Assembly: GCA_043817075.1 (NCBI GenBank)
Contig: JBDRHG010000022.1
Span: forward strand, 39,102-103,101
DNA from: an archaeon
GTDB taxonomy: Archaea; Nanobdellota; Nanobdellia; Woesearchaeales; JAADFO01
Length of the DNA stretch: 64,000 nucleotides
Direction of reading: 5' to 3'
Below are positions 1-10,229 of the stretch, piece after piece. How positions within the stretch are numbered: the first letter of the stretch is position 1; each line of letters starts with the position of its first letter. The notes below the pieces were generated by a model. It was not told where the DNA came from. It made no database searches and worked only from the letters and a program-made list of their open reading frames with translations. Made by a program: the position numbers and the translations under genes.

Positions 1-1208
1 GCGCCCCACCGACAGTCCAGATCGACAGCCCGACGCAGGACAGCTACGTGAAGGGACAATCGCTCGAGATCAACGGGTCGGTACAGGACAATAAGTGCAT
101 CTCCGCCTATCTGCTCGAGGCATGCAACGCATCGGCATGCGATACCCTGAGCACCGGCACCGCCAACATCAGCGGAACGCTCGCCACCTGGGACACCACA
201 ACAAAGACTGACGGACCCTACACGCTGAGGCTTGCCGCCCAGGACTGCGTGGGAACAGAATCAACCACCGAGATAGGCGTGACCGTCGACAACACCCCGC
301 CGACGATCACCGGCGTCACCCATGATCCGACGCAGCCAAAGCCGGACCAGACCGTGACCATCAGCGCAGACATCGACGTACCGTGCTCACCGTCTGGCGC
401 GACCCTGCACTACCGCCTGAACAGCGGTGAATGGATGACCATGCCCATGCAATGCAACGTATCCTTCATCGCGCAGCTCGGAGACCTCAAGGACGGCAAC
501 GTGGTCGAATATTTCATCACCGCGACAGACAACGCCGGCAACAGCGCCACTGAGGACAACAACGGGACGTACTACCGGTTCTACGTCGGGTTCGCCTACC
601 TCATCGACCTGATGACAGGATGGAACCTCATCGGGCTGCCGGTCACCCCGGACGATTCCGCGATCGCGACGGTCCTCCAGGATGTCGCTGACGGCGTAGA
701 TGTCGTATGGACCTATGACGCGGCCACGGACAGCTGGTCGTCGTACAGGCCCGACGCCGAGCCAGGGACCAACAGCCTGACCGAGATGGAGACAGGCTAT
801 GCGTATTGGTTGCAGGCGACGCAGGACGCTGAGCTCAAAGGCTCGGGAAGCCTGATTTTACCGGGCAACAACATACCTCCACAACGGACGCTTGTCCCTG
901 GATGGAATATGATCGGCTACTACGGCACTGAGATGTATGGCTCCCCGCCATCATTCGTCGGCGAGCGTGTGCCGTGCGCGCTATATTCCTTGGTAAACAA
1001 CCAGGCGTTGCAGCCGGGGTGGTCAAAAATATACGACTATGACAAGAACGGCAAGGAGTTCCATTCCGTCTCCCTGAACAGCGCGCTGGACCCCTACCAG
1101 GGACTATGGATCCTGATGGGCAACAACAAGCCGGATTTCATCTACGGACCAGGACTCTACGACCAGGAATGCAACGACTATTACACCGACGTATGGAGGC
1201 CGTCATAA
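1..1208 (+). CDS. Secreted surface protein, 5' end outside the window (Ig-like domains plus two C-terminal WN(L/M)IG modules)
   Basis: The frame stays open from nt 3 (APPTVQIDSPTQDSY precedes the GTG at 48), with a TAA stop at 1206-1208. The VDNTPPTITGV domain-boundary motif matches those in the neighbouring giant proteins. GWNLIGLP and GWNMIGYY modules recur in 32230..33411. Confidence 0.75.
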   Translation, partial: APPTVQIDSPTQDSYVKGQSLEINGSVQDNKCISAYLLEACNASACDTLSTGTANISGTLATWDTTTKTDGPYTLRLAAQDCVGTESTTEIGVTVDNTPPTITGVTHDPTQPKPDQTVTISADIDVPCSPSGATLHYRLNSGEWMTMPMQCNVSFIAQLGDLKDGNVVEYFITATDNAGNSATEDNNGTYYRFYVGFAYLIDLMTGWNLIGLPVTPDDSAIATVLQDVADGVDVVWTYDAATDSWSSYRPDAEPGTNSLTEMETGYAYWLQATQDAELKGSGSLILPGNNIPPQRTLVPGWNMIGYYGTEMYGSPPSFVGERVPCALYSLVNNQALQPGWSKIYDYDKNGKEFHSVSLNSALDPYQGLWILMGNNKPDFIYGPGLYDQECNDYYTDVWRPS

Positions 1209-1209
1209 A

Positions 1210-2457
1210 ATGCGCCTGACCACTGCAGGGGTGTCTCTTTTTTTTTTCTTCGTCGTTCTGAGCGCCGCATCCGTCGCGATCCCAGGGATACCGCACCAGT
1301 TCTACGGCGATGCGGCCTTCACCCAGGACGCGACGGTTGACGGACTCTCCGTCGAGGCGAGGATCGGAGATGAGAGCGTCGCCGCGACGCTCATCACAGA
1401 CGGCAAGTATGGGTACGAACCATTCTTTCTCTACGTGCCGGACCCTGAGAACGACCGCGCAGGCAGCACAATAACCTTCTACATCGCCGGCATCGACACC
1501 GGCCAGACCGCCGTGTTCGAGAACAACGGCTACACGAGGATCAACCTCTCCGCAGAGGGAGCCATCACCGATGTGACGAGGCAAGAGGGCGAAACGATCA
1601 TGGACATGCCGTTTTCCATCCTCCCATCCCAGCCCATGAAGGTGACGCTGGGGCAAGGCCTCAGCATCGAGATCACATCTGCTCAAACGACGACCGGCAC
1701 GCTCGACACTATCAAGAGGCTGGATGATCCGTTCTTCGCAGACAAACCGCTCGACGGAAAGGTGCAGGTTGCGGGATACGAGATCAAGATAACAGGAGAT
1801 GTGAGCATCAGAGTCACCATCCATTATAATGTCAATGATCTGGAAGAGAACACAATAACGCCGTTCATGCACGACGGCACGGATTGGGTCGAGATCGTCC
1901 CGTACACGATCAACAAGGCCGCGGATACCGTGACATTCAATGTCGGCGGAAACACCCCTTACGCGCTTTTCGCTGCAAAGACCCCAGCAGTCGCGGCAGC
2001 GACGACGGGCAGCAGCAGCGGAGGCACAACAAGGAGCAGCGGATCCTCATCCTCAATAGGGTCAGATGCCATGCAGCAACAAGACGCCAACGATGAATCC
2101 GAGCCGATGAACGCATCCGCTCCTGCGGACGGACAGGAGAAGACATCCGGCGAAGACGCCGAGCCGAAATCCTCTGACCTTGAGCTACCGGATGCCGCAG
2201 CGCCTTCAATCACAGATGACGAGGACAACTCAGATGATGCGACAGCCCAAGGAGAAGAGAATAATGGTGGACAGGCAAAAGTCGGAGGATTGCGGGGATT
2301 TCTCTCGCGGCTTTTCTCAGGCGGCGCTACAGGAAACGTGGCAGGCAGCGGAGGGGAAAGCGGCACATCGAGCGTATCCTCGCTGACAATCATCGCGCTT
2401 TCCATCATCGCCCTCATCACCATTGTCGTCATGATGAAACGAAGGTCGATACCATGA
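1210..2457 (+). CDS. Secreted, C-terminally membrane-anchored protein with acidic Ser/Gly-rich linker
   Basis: N-terminal signal-like segment [17 protein letters not shown] long low-complexity S/G/D/E linker is followed by a C-terminal TM helix ([18 protein letters not shown]) and then KRRSIP. The start lies 2 nt after the upstream stop. Confidence 0.8.
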   Translation: MRLTTAGVSLFFFFVVLSAASVAIPGIPHQFYGDAAFTQDATVDGLSVEARIGDESVAATLITDGKYGYEPFFLYVPDPENDRAGSTITFYIAGIDTGQTAVFENNGYTRINLSAEGAITDVTRQEGETIMDMPFSILPSQPMKVTLGQGLSIEITSAQTTTGTLDTIKRLDDPFFADKPLDGKVQVAGYEIKITGDVSIRVTIHYNVNDLEENTITPFMHDGTDWVEIVPYTINKAADTVTFNVGGNTPYALFAAKTPAVAAATTGSSSGGTTRSSGSSSSIGSDAMQQQDANDESEPMNASAPADGQEKTSGEDAEPKSSDLELPDAAAPSITDDEDNSDDATAQGEENNGGQAKVGGLRGFLSRLFSGGATGNVAGSGGESGTSSVSSLTIIALSIIALITIVVMMKRRSIP

Positions 2458-5400
2458 AGCAACGAATGACACTGATCCTCGGAGGGATGCTCCTGTTCCT
2501 GATCTCGATGGCAGTGGTAAACGCATCCTGCTCAGACTACAGCAACCAGACAGAATGCCAGACGAACGCGACGTGCGGATGGTGCCCTGAATGCAGCGAG
2601 GCACAGTACTCTGCAGGATTGTCGCGATGCGTCCTGGCAGGCACATGCCTCTTCTCCTGCGAGATCGGCAGCTGCGGAGCAGGATGCGCGGCACCGGCCG
2701 ATTGCACAGCCACGACCCAATGCCTCAACGGCAGGCTCCAGACCCGCCTGGCCGCATGCACAGGGTGCGAGTGCGATTACGACCCTTGGACCGGATCAGG
2801 AAATGATCAGGACATGGACAACTGGTCCGCAGAGTGCGGAGACTGCGACGACACCAACCCCTCTGTCCATCCTGGCAGCGCAGAGAGCAACTGCAACGAC
2901 GGCCTCGACAACGACTGCGACGGCCTCGTCGATTGCATGGACACCGCTGACTGTTTGAACGGCATATGCGGCGACGCCTCCTGCCCCGGGACCTGCAACA
3001 ATCAGGGCGCCTGCTCATCAGAGAACCAGCGCTGCTTCATCGACTGCCCCGACAGCTGTTACCTGGATGGCAACCCCTACACCTGGGACTTCGCCCGGTA
3101 CGCCAACGGATACTGCGACCAGTCCGGACAGTGCGATACCTCCTGTTCATACGAACACTACTGCTCAGACAACGACCCATATGACGGACAGCCACCCACA
3201 TACGATTATGCCGTCTGCGAAGCGGAATGCGACGAGAACACCGACTGCGGCGGTTTCTGCAACGGGACAATACGATATCACAGCGGAACATGCGACCATG
3301 GCTCCTGCACCTGCGCGTACGAAGCGGAAGACTGCCAAACCCTCACCGGATGGTACTGCGCCGGCAACGGGCTTGAGTACCGGGAATATTTCTGCGCTCC
3401 TGGAGGCTGCGGCTACACCGCCACCAACCAAACATCCTGCGACGACAACATCAGCTGCACCACCGACTCATGCGTCGGCGCTCCAGGCGCGGCGCAATGT
3501 CAACACACCCCGGACAACGCGAGCTGCGACAACGGGCTGTACTGCGACGGAGCGGAATACTGCGATGCTTCCATCGGCTGCATGATGATGACGCCTCCGG
3601 ACTGCGGTTACCTCAATGACAATTGCAACGACGGCTACTGCAACGACACGGCAGGCTCCTGTCTCGCCATGCCAAAGGCACAAGGAACATCTTGCGACCC
3701 AACGCATCTCTGCTCCGATTCGACAGGCGGAAATGGAGCATATGGGGCAGGAGACCGGAAAGCTCCAAGACAAGGACAATGCAATGGACAGGGAAACTGC
3801 GACTACTCGATAGCAACCGGTGCGGTATGTGGCGTGGCGCTGGGCTCTTCACAGGAGGGATCGGGCATTACCATGTGCTGGGACACTGTTCCCTGGTGTC
3901 GCGACACCTGCGACGACACCATCGACAACGATAACAACGGCTGTATAGATTCCCATGATGCGGTATGCGGCGGCACAGAGATGAATTGCACCGACGGACA
4001 GGACGATGACTGTGATGGACTCACAGACTGCATGGATACCGACTGCGGCGCGGATAGCGACTTGGACGGATTTTCCACCTTCTGTGACTGCGACGACGCG
4101 AACCCAACGACCTATCCTGGCGCTCCAGAAGCCTGTGACGGCATCGACAACGACTGCGATGGCATGACCGATGAAAGCTGCTATCAGGCGGACTGCATCG
4201 GCATCTCCGTTTCCGATGTCATGATACCCGGATCAACGGCGGTCGCAAGCGTGATAGTCCACAACAACGGGACAGACGACTGGCATAATCTCACCGGCTA
4301 CAGGCTTGGCTCCCAGAATCCCCAGGACAATGACCTGTGGGGGAGAAGCAGGGTCGAAATGGACCCCGCAGCCACCATCACGTTCTGCCACAACTACACA
4401 TTCACATTCAACATCACCGCGCCCATGGCAGGAGGCGACTACAACCTGGACTGGCAGATGCTCATCGAAGGGAACCGCTGGTTCGGCGAGATATGCCATG
4501 CGCATGTGATTGTGGTGAGCGAGGACATACCGCCAATCACGGCCATCACGGCGCCACCCATAGGTTCATACCAGACAGCTAGCTTCTTTGTGAACGTCAG
4601 CGATCACGACGATGGTTCCGCAGGACTCGCCTATTGCGAATACTTAACGTACTCAAAGATAAATACGACATGGATGCTCACGAGAGACTGGACCAACAGG
4701 ACGTGTAATGCCACACAGGAGATAACTGTAGGACCAACAGGAGACTGTCGGACAGAACTGCTGGATGGATGTAGGGTATGGGCAAGGGCATTCGACCGCG
4801 TCGGCAACGCTGGAACAGAAGTGTATCGTGATTTCTCTGTAGATTATTCGCCGCCAAGCATCCTCTTTGTATATCCTCTGGACGGGTCATTCATAAATGA
4901 TCAGCATCCTCGGATATCAGCCCATTTTAAGGACCTGGAAACAGGGATCACAAGCGCGACCATGACAGTCGATGGAGTCGAGGTCGCTTCCTCCACTGCG
5001 GGAATGTGGATACAGCACATCCCTCCAATCCCTCTCCCTGAAGGGATCCACACCGTCCATGTGCAGGTCATGGACCACGCAGGAAACATCGCAGACGCAG
5101 AATGGATCTTCACGGTCGACATTACAAACCCTGAATTCATCATAAAAGTCCCGGTAAACGGTTCTGTGTTTGGCAGCAGGAAAGTTGCCGTCGAGGTCGA
5201 GGTCACCAATGAGAAAGCCGGTGCCATCTTGATCAGCAAGAACGGCAGGAACCCCCAAACGCTCTGCCAATATTGCACATCATATGCTGGCACCCAGATG
5301 TTCAATGAGAACGACCGGTTGTTCATCATTATCGTGAAGGACTATGCAGGCAACGAGAACAGGGTCTCTGTCGAAATCCTGGTCGACACGACACCGCCAA

Positions 5401-6464
5401 AATTCTTCTCGCTGTCGCCTCCGGATCTCGCGACTGTCAATGGAACAATTTTCACCATACACTACACCGAGGAGAACCTCCAGAACGCGACGATTCGCTA
5501 CGGTCCTGCGCTGGAGAATACCGTCGAGCTGCCATGCCTGTCAGGAAGGAATATGGAATGCTCTGAGAAGATCAACCTGTCGGCCTACAACAACATGACA
5601 ATCTCCTACGAAGCGACGCTGAGCGACAAGAATCATGAGGTATTCTCAGGTGTGTTCTCCATCAGGGTCGATAAGAACGCCCCGGTCCTGCATATCGTGA
5701 GTCCATCTGAAGAGTTCTACAGCACCAATAGGATAAACCTGGAGATCATCACGAACGAAGAGGTCGCGCTCCTGGTATCGACGGACGGCAAGAGATTCAC
5801 CAAGTACTGCAGACGCTGCAGCAGCCTGCTGAGACGCATATATCTCTCCGACGGCATGCACAACATAACGGTCAAGGCCATTGATGACGCCGGAAACGAA
5901 CAGGTCTCGATTAGGAGATTCCTCGTCGACACAAAAGCCCCACGTATTGTGAGCACATGGCCACGGGACAAGAGCTATGTCAACGGCACTGAATTCGGCG
6001 TGAAGTACACCGAGGACAACATCATCGGCGCGACGCTCTTCTTCGCCGACCAGAACAGAACACTTGAATGCATGAGCGGGAGATACCAGACATGCACCAG
6101 TGAGATCAACCTGACAGAATATGATAACCAAACAATAACATATTATTTCGAGCTGAGGGACAACGCGTTCTCTACCGTATCGAGGAACAGCACGCTCCAT
6201 GTTGACACTACACGCCCGAATGTGACCATACATTCCCCCTTGGGCGACACTGAAGGCAGACGGGTCATGCTTAGCACGAGTGCGAATGAGCCAGTCAAGC
6301 TGAGCTATTCACTGGACGGCAAGCGATATATCACCCTCTGCAGTTCCTGCGCGAAGAAGACACGGAGTATCCGGACAACGACAGGCCCACACACGCTCTC
6401 GGTTAGAGGAGTCGACAAGGCAGGAAATGAGGATATCGAGGTGACCTCATTCACCGTCATGTGA
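2454..6464 (+). CDS. Giant secreted Cys-rich surface protein (1336 aa) with MopE-like metal-binding motifs and Ig-like modules
   Basis: ATGA overlap with the upstream gene, and a signal peptide. The N-terminal half is extremely Cys-rich, with [30 protein letters not shown] and [27 protein letters not shown] motifs. The C-terminal half has alternating modules delimited by VD(T/I)T-P-type motifs. Confidence 0.85.
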   Translation: MKQRMTLILGGMLLFLISMAVVNASCSDYSNQTECQTNATCGWCPECSEAQYSAGLSRCVLAGTCLFSCEIGSCGAGCAAPADCTATTQCLNGRLQTRLAACTGCECDYDPWTGSGNDQDMDNWSAECGDCDDTNPSVHPGSAESNCNDGLDNDCDGLVDCMDTADCLNGICGDASCPGTCNNQGACSSENQRCFIDCPDSCYLDGNPYTWDFARYANGYCDQSGQCDTSCSYEHYCSDNDPYDGQPPTYDYAVCEAECDENTDCGGFCNGTIRYHSGTCDHGSCTCAYEAEDCQTLTGWYCAGNGLEYREYFCAPGGCGYTATNQTSCDDNISCTTDSCVGAPGAAQCQHTPDNASCDNGLYCDGAEYCDASIGCMMMTPPDCGYLNDNCNDGYCNDTAGSCLAMPKAQGTSCDPTHLCSDSTGGNGAYGAGDRKAPRQGQCNGQGNCDYSIATGAVCGVALGSSQEGSGITMCWDTVPWCRDTCDDTIDNDNNGCIDSHDAVCGGTEMNCTDGQDDDCDGLTDCMDTDCGADSDLDGFSTFCDCDDANPTTYPGAPEACDGIDNDCDGMTDESCYQADCIGISVSDVMIPGSTAVASVIVHNNGTDDWHNLTGYRLGSQNPQDNDLWGRSRVEMDPAATITFCHNYTFTFNITAPMAGGDYNLDWQMLIEGNRWFGEICHAHVIVVSEDIPPITAITAPPIGSYQTASFFVNVSDHDDGSAGLAYCEYLTYSKINTTWMLTRDWTNRTCNATQEITVGPTGDCRTELLDGCRVWARAFDRVGNAGTEVYRDFSVDYSPPSILFVYPLDGSFINDQHPRISAHFKDLETGITSATMTVDGVEVASSTAGMWIQHIPPIPLPEGIHTVHVQVMDHAGNIADAEWIFTVDITNPEFIIKVPVNGSVFGSRKVAVEVEVTNEKAGAILISKNGRNPQTLCQYCTSYAGTQMFNENDRLFIIIVKDYAGNENRVSVEILVDTTPPKFFSLSPPDLATVNGTIFTIHYTEENLQNATIRYGPALENTVELPCLSGRNMECSEKINLSAYNNMTISYEATLSDKNHEVFSGVFSIRVDKNAPVLHIVSPSEEFYSTNRINLEIITNEEVALLVSTDGKRFTKYCRRCSSLLRRIYLSDGMHNITVKAIDDAGNEQVSIRRFLVDTKAPRIVSTWPRDKSYVNGTEFGVKYTEDNIIGATLFFADQNRTLECMSGRYQTCTSEINLTEYDNQTITYYFELRDNAFSTVSRNSTLHVDTTRPNVTIHSPLGDTEGRRVMLSTSANEPVKLSYSLDGKRYITLCSSCAKKTRSIRTTTGPHTLSVRGVDKAGNEDIEVTSFTVM

Positions 6465-6558
6465 ACCTCTGAAGCGAATATCTACCCGAACCGTGCAACG
6501 GAGATTTCACCGATGGAGACATCTATTTCTGGGGCCAGGCCATCTGAGCTCCGGAGAA

Positions 6559-6571
6559 TTTTTTCTTTTTT
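6559..6571 (+). terminator. Oligo-T tract downstream of the 1336-aa gene (archaeal-type terminator candidate)
   Basis: TTTTTTCTTTTTT in the convergent intergenic region. An A9 run at about 6613-6625 provides the equivalent T-run for the minus-strand operon. Confidence 0.35.
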
Positions 6572-6631
6572 GATTCTTCATTTTCTCGGATAAGATTTTT
6601 AGAAAGGAACAACTAAAAAAAAATAGAAAAA

Positions 6632-7300
6632 TCAGCCATACGCTGGACGTGGCTGGTACTTCGGTTTGAGGAGTCCAGGAAACCTTTTCTTGATCCATCT
6701 GTCGATACGGTGATATGGTGCTTCTGCTTCCCCGCCATCGCCTCTCAGCTCCTGCAAGAGTTCCTTCTTGACCCGTTGCTTGACGCGGTACTTGAGGAAT
6801 TTCTCCTGGATACCGGTGCCGATCAGTGGACCGAGGAAGGGGATGGCAAGCTCCAGCGGCTTGAGACCCAGCCAGACCAGGCCGTAGAGGACGTCCTTGC
6901 TCTTCGCGAAATATTTGGCGAACTGGATGGTGTCAGGCACCCATTTCGCATAGGTGAGCAGATTGGCCACACTAGCGTATTTCAGCGGTGAAAGCGGTGC
7001 CTTGGACACATATCGCTGGTAGATGTCGCTGAGCAGCACACCGAGCCCACCGACACGACCTGCCTGCTTGGACCACCCATGGAGCACGCCATCATATTTC
7101 TTGATGGTCTGGACAAGACGCTCCTCCAGCTGCTGGTACACCTTAGGACGTTGATCATGCGGGATGCGATCGAGGTAGGGCCGCAGATCCTTGTCCTGCA
7201 GATAGTCCTGCAGCTGCTTACTGACATCGGCATGAGAGAGGAATTCCCGTGCTTTCTGCGCGTTCTTCTTGACGATACCTTCGAGGGACATGGCATTCAC
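6632..7300 (-). CDS. Hypothetical protein (222 aa), last gene of a minus-strand operon
   Basis: ORF with balanced composition whose start overlaps the stop of the CBS gene. I recognised no domain. Confidence 0.65.
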   Translation of the reverse strand: MNAMSLEGIVKKNAQKAREFLSHADVSKQLQDYLQDKDLRPYLDRIPHDQRPKVYQQLEERLVQTIKKYDGVLHGWSKQAGRVGGLGVLLSDIYQRYVSKAPLSPLKYASVANLLTYAKWVPDTIQFAKYFAKSKDVLYGLVWLGLKPLELAIPFLGPLIGTGIQEKFLKYRVKQRVKKELLQELRGDGGEAEAPYHRIDRWIKKRFPGLLKPKYQPRPAYG

Positions 7301-7689
7301 CCCTCAGTCGGCAGCACGCATTGCATCTTGTCGTCGATGTCCTTGCATACCTCGGCGAATTTGACGTATCCAACGAGTTTGCCGTCAGCATCCACGACCG
7401 GACAGGTGAAGGTGTTGAAGTTACGCATGATGACATACGCATATGCGTCCTCTTGGTCTTCGGTCACGGACTTGACATCCTTTTCCATGACATCCTTGGC
7501 CGTGAGCGCTGCGTAGTCCTTCTCTTCGGCCACGACATGGATGATGATGTCGATGCCGGCGAGCACGCCGACGAGCTTACCTTCATCGACGACGTATATG
7601 TGACGGACATCCTTGTCCCTGACCATCTTGGCGACTTCCACGATGGTTGTTGAGATATCACAACTGATCACGTCTTTGTGTATTTTCAT
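7297..7689 (-). CDS. CBS-domain pair protein
   Basis: A 130-aa protein with two CBS-like repeats (VRHIYVVDEGKLVGVLAGIDII and FTCPVVDADGKLVGYVKFAEV). It overlaps both neighbours by 4 nt. Confidence 0.85.
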   Translation of the reverse strand: MKIHKDVISCDISTTIVEVAKMVRDKDVRHIYVVDEGKLVGVLAGIDIIIHVVAEEKDYAALTAKDVMEKDVKSVTEDQEDAYAYVIMRNFNTFTCPVVDADGKLVGYVKFAEVCKDIDDKMQCVLPTEG

Positions 7690-8663
7690 TGTCTAAACCT
7701 CCGGACCACTCGCCTAATTGCGGCCCACCGTCTATATCTTCGTAGAAAAGGAACGACAGTCGTCAGCTTCAGGAATGAGAAGAAGAGGAGCCAAAATAAG
7801 AGCCCGATGCTGAAGACATGTGCGGAGAAATTGAAATGAAAAACATCGGGCCTGATATGCTGGAGTTCAGATTTCATGGTTGTGAGCATGGTCGAGTCGG
7901 CCTGTCCGATGCCTATCCGGGCCTGCTCTTCCAATCTGTAGAATGTCGCTGCAGCGGTGTCGGTGCGCACCATCTGTGTGATCATAGCGTTCAGATCAGA
8001 TGTCTTGCCCTCCTTTTTGTGGGTCATCGTGTGTTTAATCACCTTGCCCATGGCGTCCCGGTATGTCTCCACTGAGGCCTGCCAATTCTGGACCATGAGT
8101 TCCTGGTTTTTATCGTAATTCGGAGAGGAAAATTCGTCTTCTCGTTTAGTCTGACCGTCATTGATTCCAGGAATCCCCACCTCGAGCAATTTAGACCTGA
8201 GCTTTGAAAGAACAGTACTCTGCGGAATGTCTTTCGCGGCTTCATAGACTTTGAGATACTGACTATCAAGGTTGACCTCCGCCTCACGGATGCGCTGGTC
8301 CAACACGCGGAGTGAGGAGAAATTGACGATGAAATCCTGGGTCACTTTCACATCCTTGCCGGTAATGACTTGGTTACGCAACAGCGTTTCCAAGTGCATG
8401 ATGACCATCTCGTCCCGCTGGGTGAAGATGTCATGATAGGCGTCACCGAGGGTGTCTTTAAGTACCTTGATGACTGAGATGCTCATATCGATGGCAGCGT
8501 CGGCCAATTTTGCAAAGGGCAAGATTATCTCCGGGATGGTCTTGCCGATAAAAGGCACATGCCAATGATTATATCCATAGTAGTACACCACTCCTTCAAC
8601 ACCGAGCAAGAACACGAAAAAAGGCCAGACCCTATCTGATTCGTTTTTTAGAGCCTCACCCAT
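7686..8663 (-). CDS. Hypothetical membrane-associated protein (325 aa)
   Basis: N-terminal and C-terminal hydrophobic segments (WPFFVFLLGVEGVVYYYGY; IGLLFWLLFFSFL). It is in the same frame as 8814..9158, separated by a single TAA plus 150 nt of coding-like sequence. Confidence 0.65.
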   Translation of the reverse strand: MGEALKNESDRVWPFFVFLLGVEGVVYYYGYNHWHVPFIGKTIPEIILPFAKLADAAIDMSISVIKVLKDTLGDAYHDIFTQRDEMVIMHLETLLRNQVITGKDVKVTQDFIVNFSSLRVLDQRIREAEVNLDSQYLKVYEAAKDIPQSTVLSKLRSKLLEVGIPGINDGQTKREDEFSSPNYDKNQELMVQNWQASVETYRDAMGKVIKHTMTHKKEGKTSDLNAMITQMVRTDTAAATFYRLEEQARIGIGQADSTMLTTMKSELQHIRPDVFHFNFSAHVFSIGLLFWLLFFSFLKLTTVVPFLRRYRRWAAIRRVVRRFRQ

Positions 8664-8813
8664 GTCTATCGCCGTAGTCCTCTTGTTCTCGAAAAGAAGC
8701 TGATTAACGACGTGTTCGTTCTCGATAATCGCGTTGACTCTTTTTGCGGTCTCCTCGAATTCCTTGAACCATTCATCGACACCCCGTTCTTCTATCTCGG
8801 CGATCTGCCAATT

Positions 8814-9158
8814 TTAATAGTCTCTGAGCAAGGCATGCTCTCCCGATAATAGACGCTCGAAACCCTCCCTGAGCTTATCCTTTTGATCCGTGCCCATGCT
8901 CGAAAACTTAGTCCCGGATGTGAGGACGCGCTGCACCATCACCTTCAGTATGAATTCGAAGTAATCATGGAGCTGCTTGATCTCCTTGATGTGATGCTCT
9001 TTCCAGACGAGACCATGACTATGGGCGAGCTCACCGAGGAATCTGCCGAGAAGACGTTGTTCTCTTCCGAATATTCTCTTGGCTTGAAGTATTCGGTCGA
9101 TCCGCGTGTTCATCTCGTTTGCCATAGCTATCGCCTGTCCGGATATCATTCCCGTCAT
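8814..9158 (-). CDS. Hypothetical protein (114 aa), possibly the N-terminal part of a disrupted longer gene
   Basis: The ORF ends at TAA 8814-8816 in the same frame as the downstream 325-aa ORF. Confidence 0.5.
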   Translation of the reverse strand: MTGMISGQAIAMANEMNTRIDRILQAKRIFGREQRLLGRFLGELAHSHGLVWKEHHIKEIKQLHDYFEFILKVMVQRVLTSGTKFSSMGTDQKDKLREGFERLLSGEHALLRDY

Positions 9159-9312
9159 TGGGATATTTATTAGTATCGGTAACCCACCAATAAATGAACG
9201 AAAAAAACAAATACTGCCCCGCCGACCTCCTTCATCAACCAGATGGTCGGGCGATCATGACCGGCCGATGATTTAATGATCAGCGGGACAGCGTGCAATC
9301 AGTCAAAACAGA

Positions 9313-9924
9313 TCATGCCGGGGCAGCCGCGGGGACAGGACCCTTTTTCTTCTTCCTCTTGAACATGTTGATGGTCTTGCCTCCTGTGAAAGGCAATACA
9401 TGCGCGAACTTCTGTAGCGTCTTGATACCCAGATAGGCGAGGCCTATATACGAGAGGATACCCGCGGCAGCGGTGATGCTGGCCGGGAATGCATACTGAA
9501 GACCCGTACCGAGAGCGCTCAGGCCCTTGCCGGCGTAGGTGAGTATATCACCCACATACGGAACATTGAGGATGTTCTGTCCCAACCAAGCACTTGCCTT
9601 GCCCAAGTACTCTCCGACCACTCCTATAGCGCCAGACACCTTGTCGATCACGGCATATCCAGGCTGCAAAGGAGTAAGCAAAGTGTCAAGGCTGTCAGTC
9701 ACAGGAAGAGGTGAACCAGACCAGAGTTTCTTGACAAGGCCGCTTGCGGCCCCATAGAGCTTCCCAGAGAGTTCGTATGCTCCTGCGGTCATCGCAGCAG
9801 GATTCTGCATATAGGCTCCTGCTGCACCGAGACCTCCAACAGCTACGAGAGGCTTCTCGATAGCCTGCCCGATGTAGTATGTTGGATTAAGCTTCTGCAA
9901 TGCTCCTTTCCAGTTGATAGCCAT
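9313..9924 (-). CDS. Gly/Ala-rich hypothetical membrane protein with poly-Lys tail
   Basis: A 203-aa ORF with repeated small-residue segments (GGLGAAGAY, SITAAAGILSYIGLAYLGI) and a C-terminal KRKKKKGPVPAAAPA. Confidence 0.6.
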   Translation of the reverse strand: MAINWKGALQKLNPTYYIGQAIEKPLVAVGGLGAAGAYMQNPAAMTAGAYELSGKLYGAASGLVKKLWSGSPLPVTDSLDTLLTPLQPGYAVIDKVSGAIGVVGEYLGKASAWLGQNILNVPYVGDILTYAGKGLSALGTGLQYAFPASITAAAGILSYIGLAYLGIKTLQKFAHVLPFTGGKTINMFKRKKKKGPVPAAAPA

Positions 9925-10196
9925 AGTGATCGCCCCGTGTGTGTTTTGTCATACGTCTGAATGTCTGTCTCACCTAACCTCTCGCGAGTGACAGAAACCA
10001 TATAGTGAAAGAAATATAAGAAATGTTTTCCAGAATTTTACGGGAATTCGAAGAATAGGGCAAGAAATTTTCTAGATACATCTAAACCGATAAAAAAAGG
10101 TCCAATTATTAGCCACATGAAGAGAAAAACAGGGCATTTTTTTCCTAGAATTCAAAATACTTAAAATAGTTTACTATTTTCCGGAATACCGAAACA

Positions 10197-10204
10197 TTTA
10201 TATA
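10197..10204 (+). promoter_or_regulatory. TATA box (GAAACATTTATATA context) for the Lrp/AsnC gene; transcript probably leaderless
   Basis: TTTATATA is centred about 30 nt upstream of ATG 10230 and preceded by a purine-rich BRE-like GAAACA. Confidence 0.5.
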
Positions 10205-10229
10205 TTTCAACATCTTCACCCACCTCAAG

